A stretch of DNA of 64,000 bases from assembly GCA_035758565.1 (NCBI GenBank), contig DASTXL010000001.1, positions 267,242 to 331,241 of the forward strand, in the 5' to 3' direction. Within the stretch, counting starts at the first letter, position 1. Every line of letters starts with the position of its first letter. The notes below the pieces were generated by a model that was not told where the DNA came from, searched no databases, and worked only from the letters and a program-made list of their open reading frames with translations. This document shows, piece by piece, positions 62,721-64,000 of the stretch. Source of the DNA: Candidatus Saccharimonadales bacterium (GTDB lineage: Bacteria; Patescibacteriota; Saccharimonadia; Saccharimonadales; UBA10212). The position numbers and the translations under genes were made by a program.

Positions 62721-64000
62721 GTGAGGAACATTCCACGAAACGTTGATGCCGTCATTGGTGCCCAGTGGGGCGATGAAGGCAAGGGCAAGATTGTCGACGC
62801 TTTGATGAGTAATGGTGAGTACCACTATGTCGCCAGAGCCGCGGGCGGCCCCAACGCCGGTCATACAATTTATGTAGACGGCAAAGTTTATAAATTTCAT
62901 GGCTTACCGGAAGGCGCGCTATATCCAGGAGCCGAAAGTGTTATTGGGCCAGGCGCCGTCGTAGATCCAGTTAAACTGACAGCCGAAATAAAAAATTATA
63001 GGGTCGGCCCAGACAAGCTGCTCATTAGCAACAATACTCATCTGATCACGCCTTTTCATGTCAGTAGAGACGAAATCAGAGAAGCTGGTCGGGGGAAACA
63101 AGGCAGCACTAAAAGCGGCTTGGCCTATGTGGCTGCCGACAAATACGAACGCGAGGGCATTCAGCTTGAAACGATAGCCGAAGGCCCAGAAGCTGTTAGT
63201 GAAGTTATTATTGAAAAACTCTACGGCCTTCAGCAACTCAGGCGTTACGTTGGCCTAAACGAACACAACCCAGTCGCGGAAGCCAGCGAGTGGATAGAGG
63301 CCGCGAAGGAACTATTGCAGTATAAGGGTGACACTACGATCTTTTTAAACAGAATACTAGATGTTAACGGCAGAATTCTCGCCTCTGGCGCCCAAAGCCA
63401 CTGGCTAGACATAAACGAACAGCCATACCCTTGGGGATCGTCAACCCATACCGGTATTGGCGGTATAGTTGATGGTCTAAAAATACCCGCTCAATCAATC
63501 GGCAGTGTTATAGGCGTGATGAAAGGCATAAAGTCTCGTGTTGGTGGCGGACCTATGGCCACGGAAATATATGACCAAAAATTAGCCAATCGTCTTAGAC
63601 AAAAACGCGGAGAACCGGGCGCCGAATACGGAACCACTTCGGGCCGACCAAGACGAGTAGGGTATCTTGATCTGCCGGAAGTGAGGCGTTCGATAATGGC
63701 CAACGGAATAAACAGCCTGGCCCTGACCAAGCTGGATCAATTACCGCTTTTTGGCCGATCAATGCTAGTAGCCGTCGGTTACGAAATAGACTACGAAGAA
63801 GGAACTCACGCTACTGCAGTTGCGCCTAACAACTCTAAGGAGCTTGATAGGGCTCGTCCAGCTTACGAAGAAGTTGGTCTATGGTCACAGCAAAAGAACG
63901 AGCGGGTAAGGGCAGCGAAAGAGCTTAGCGAACTGCCGCTGGAGGCTCAAAAATTGATAAGATTTATTGAGGAGCAGTTGGACATTGACATCAACTTCAT
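62721..64000 (+). CDS. purA: Adenylosuccinate synthetase (3' end beyond the window; GTG start); not in the ORF track
   Basis: My translation from GTG 62721 reads VRNIPRNVDAVIGAQWGDEGKGKIVDAL...GGPNAGHTI...GTTSGRPRRVGYLD. The frame stays open to position 64000. Confidence 0.85.
   Translation, partial: MRNIPRNVDAVIGAQWGDEGKGKIVDALMSNGEYHYVARAAGGPNAGHTIYVDGKVYKFHGLPEGALYPGAESVIGPGAVVDPVKLTAEIKNYRVGPDKLLISNNTHLITPFHVSRDEIREAGRGKQGSTKSGLAYVAADKYEREGIQLETIAEGPEAVSEVIIEKLYGLQQLRRYVGLNEHNPVAEASEWIEAAKELLQYKGDTTIFLNRILDVNGRILASGAQSHWLDINEQPYPWGSSTHTGIGGIVDGLKIPAQSIGSVIGVMKGIKSRVGGGPMATEIYDQKLANRLRQKRGEPGAEYGTTSGRPRRVGYLDLPEVRRSIMANGINSLALTKLDQLPLFGRSMLVAVGYEIDYEEGTHATAVAPNNSKELDRARPAYEEVGLWSQQKNERVRAAKELSELPLEAQKLIRFIEEQLDIDINF

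Noticed and set aside
1-64000. CRISPR arrays, IS elements or transposases, integrases, rRNA genes, alternative genetic code
   Set aside because: I saw no regularly spaced direct repeats and no transposase, integrase or rRNA signatures. Long ORFs terminate normally at TGA, TAA and TAG with family motifs intact, so the standard code 11 fits.

Overview
Gene-dense 64-kb chromosomal window using the standard genetic code. I call about 60 CDS, 2 tRNAs, 1 riboswitch and 1 frameshifted gene. GC looks roughly balanced by eye; I did not compute it. My inference, untestable here, is a reduced-genome bacterium of the Saccharibacteria/CPR type. The supporting cues are a compact 319-aa MetK, an apparently orphan cyoABCDE operon, sortase and PEGA surface proteins, a membrane-anchored SNase nuclease, and many -10 hexamers placed 6-9 nt before start codons. 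Housekeeping genes: pgl-gnd, metK behind a SAM-I riboswitch, pcm, queA, smpB, xth, gltX, der, purA (runs off the 3' end), tRNA-Leu(CAA) and tRNA-Glu(CUC). Envelope and signalling genes: two two-component pairs, an MprF-like DUF2156 protein, VKOR, PAP2, GT2, glycosidases and a CYTH/Crp pair. The most unusual signals are not ORFs. (1) A ~148-nt element occurs twice (48271-48417 and 51260-51408) at ~60% identity with one indel and a compensatory hairpin; copy B covers the apparent N-terminal extension of gltX. (2) A 24-nt hairpin occurs twice on opposite strands with a compensatory base-pair change. (3) A perfect 52-bp duplication of the cobO 3' end flanks a 79-bp insert, next to a ParB-like plus HNH gene pair. 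(4) The last 20 nt of tRNA-Glu reappear in imperfect form 170 bp downstream, across a hairpin-rich segment bounded by two terminators. (5) A 562-bp non-coding region precedes a small unknown ORF coupled to a UmuC-like Y-family polymerase. An ArsR-headed five-gene operon sits divergent from a fused cytochrome-b/molybdopterin oxidoreductase; its last gene, an aldo-keto reductase, is broken in a (TC)5 tract. No CRISPR array, transposase or integrase was seen. Every family call comes from motif reading only, with no database search.
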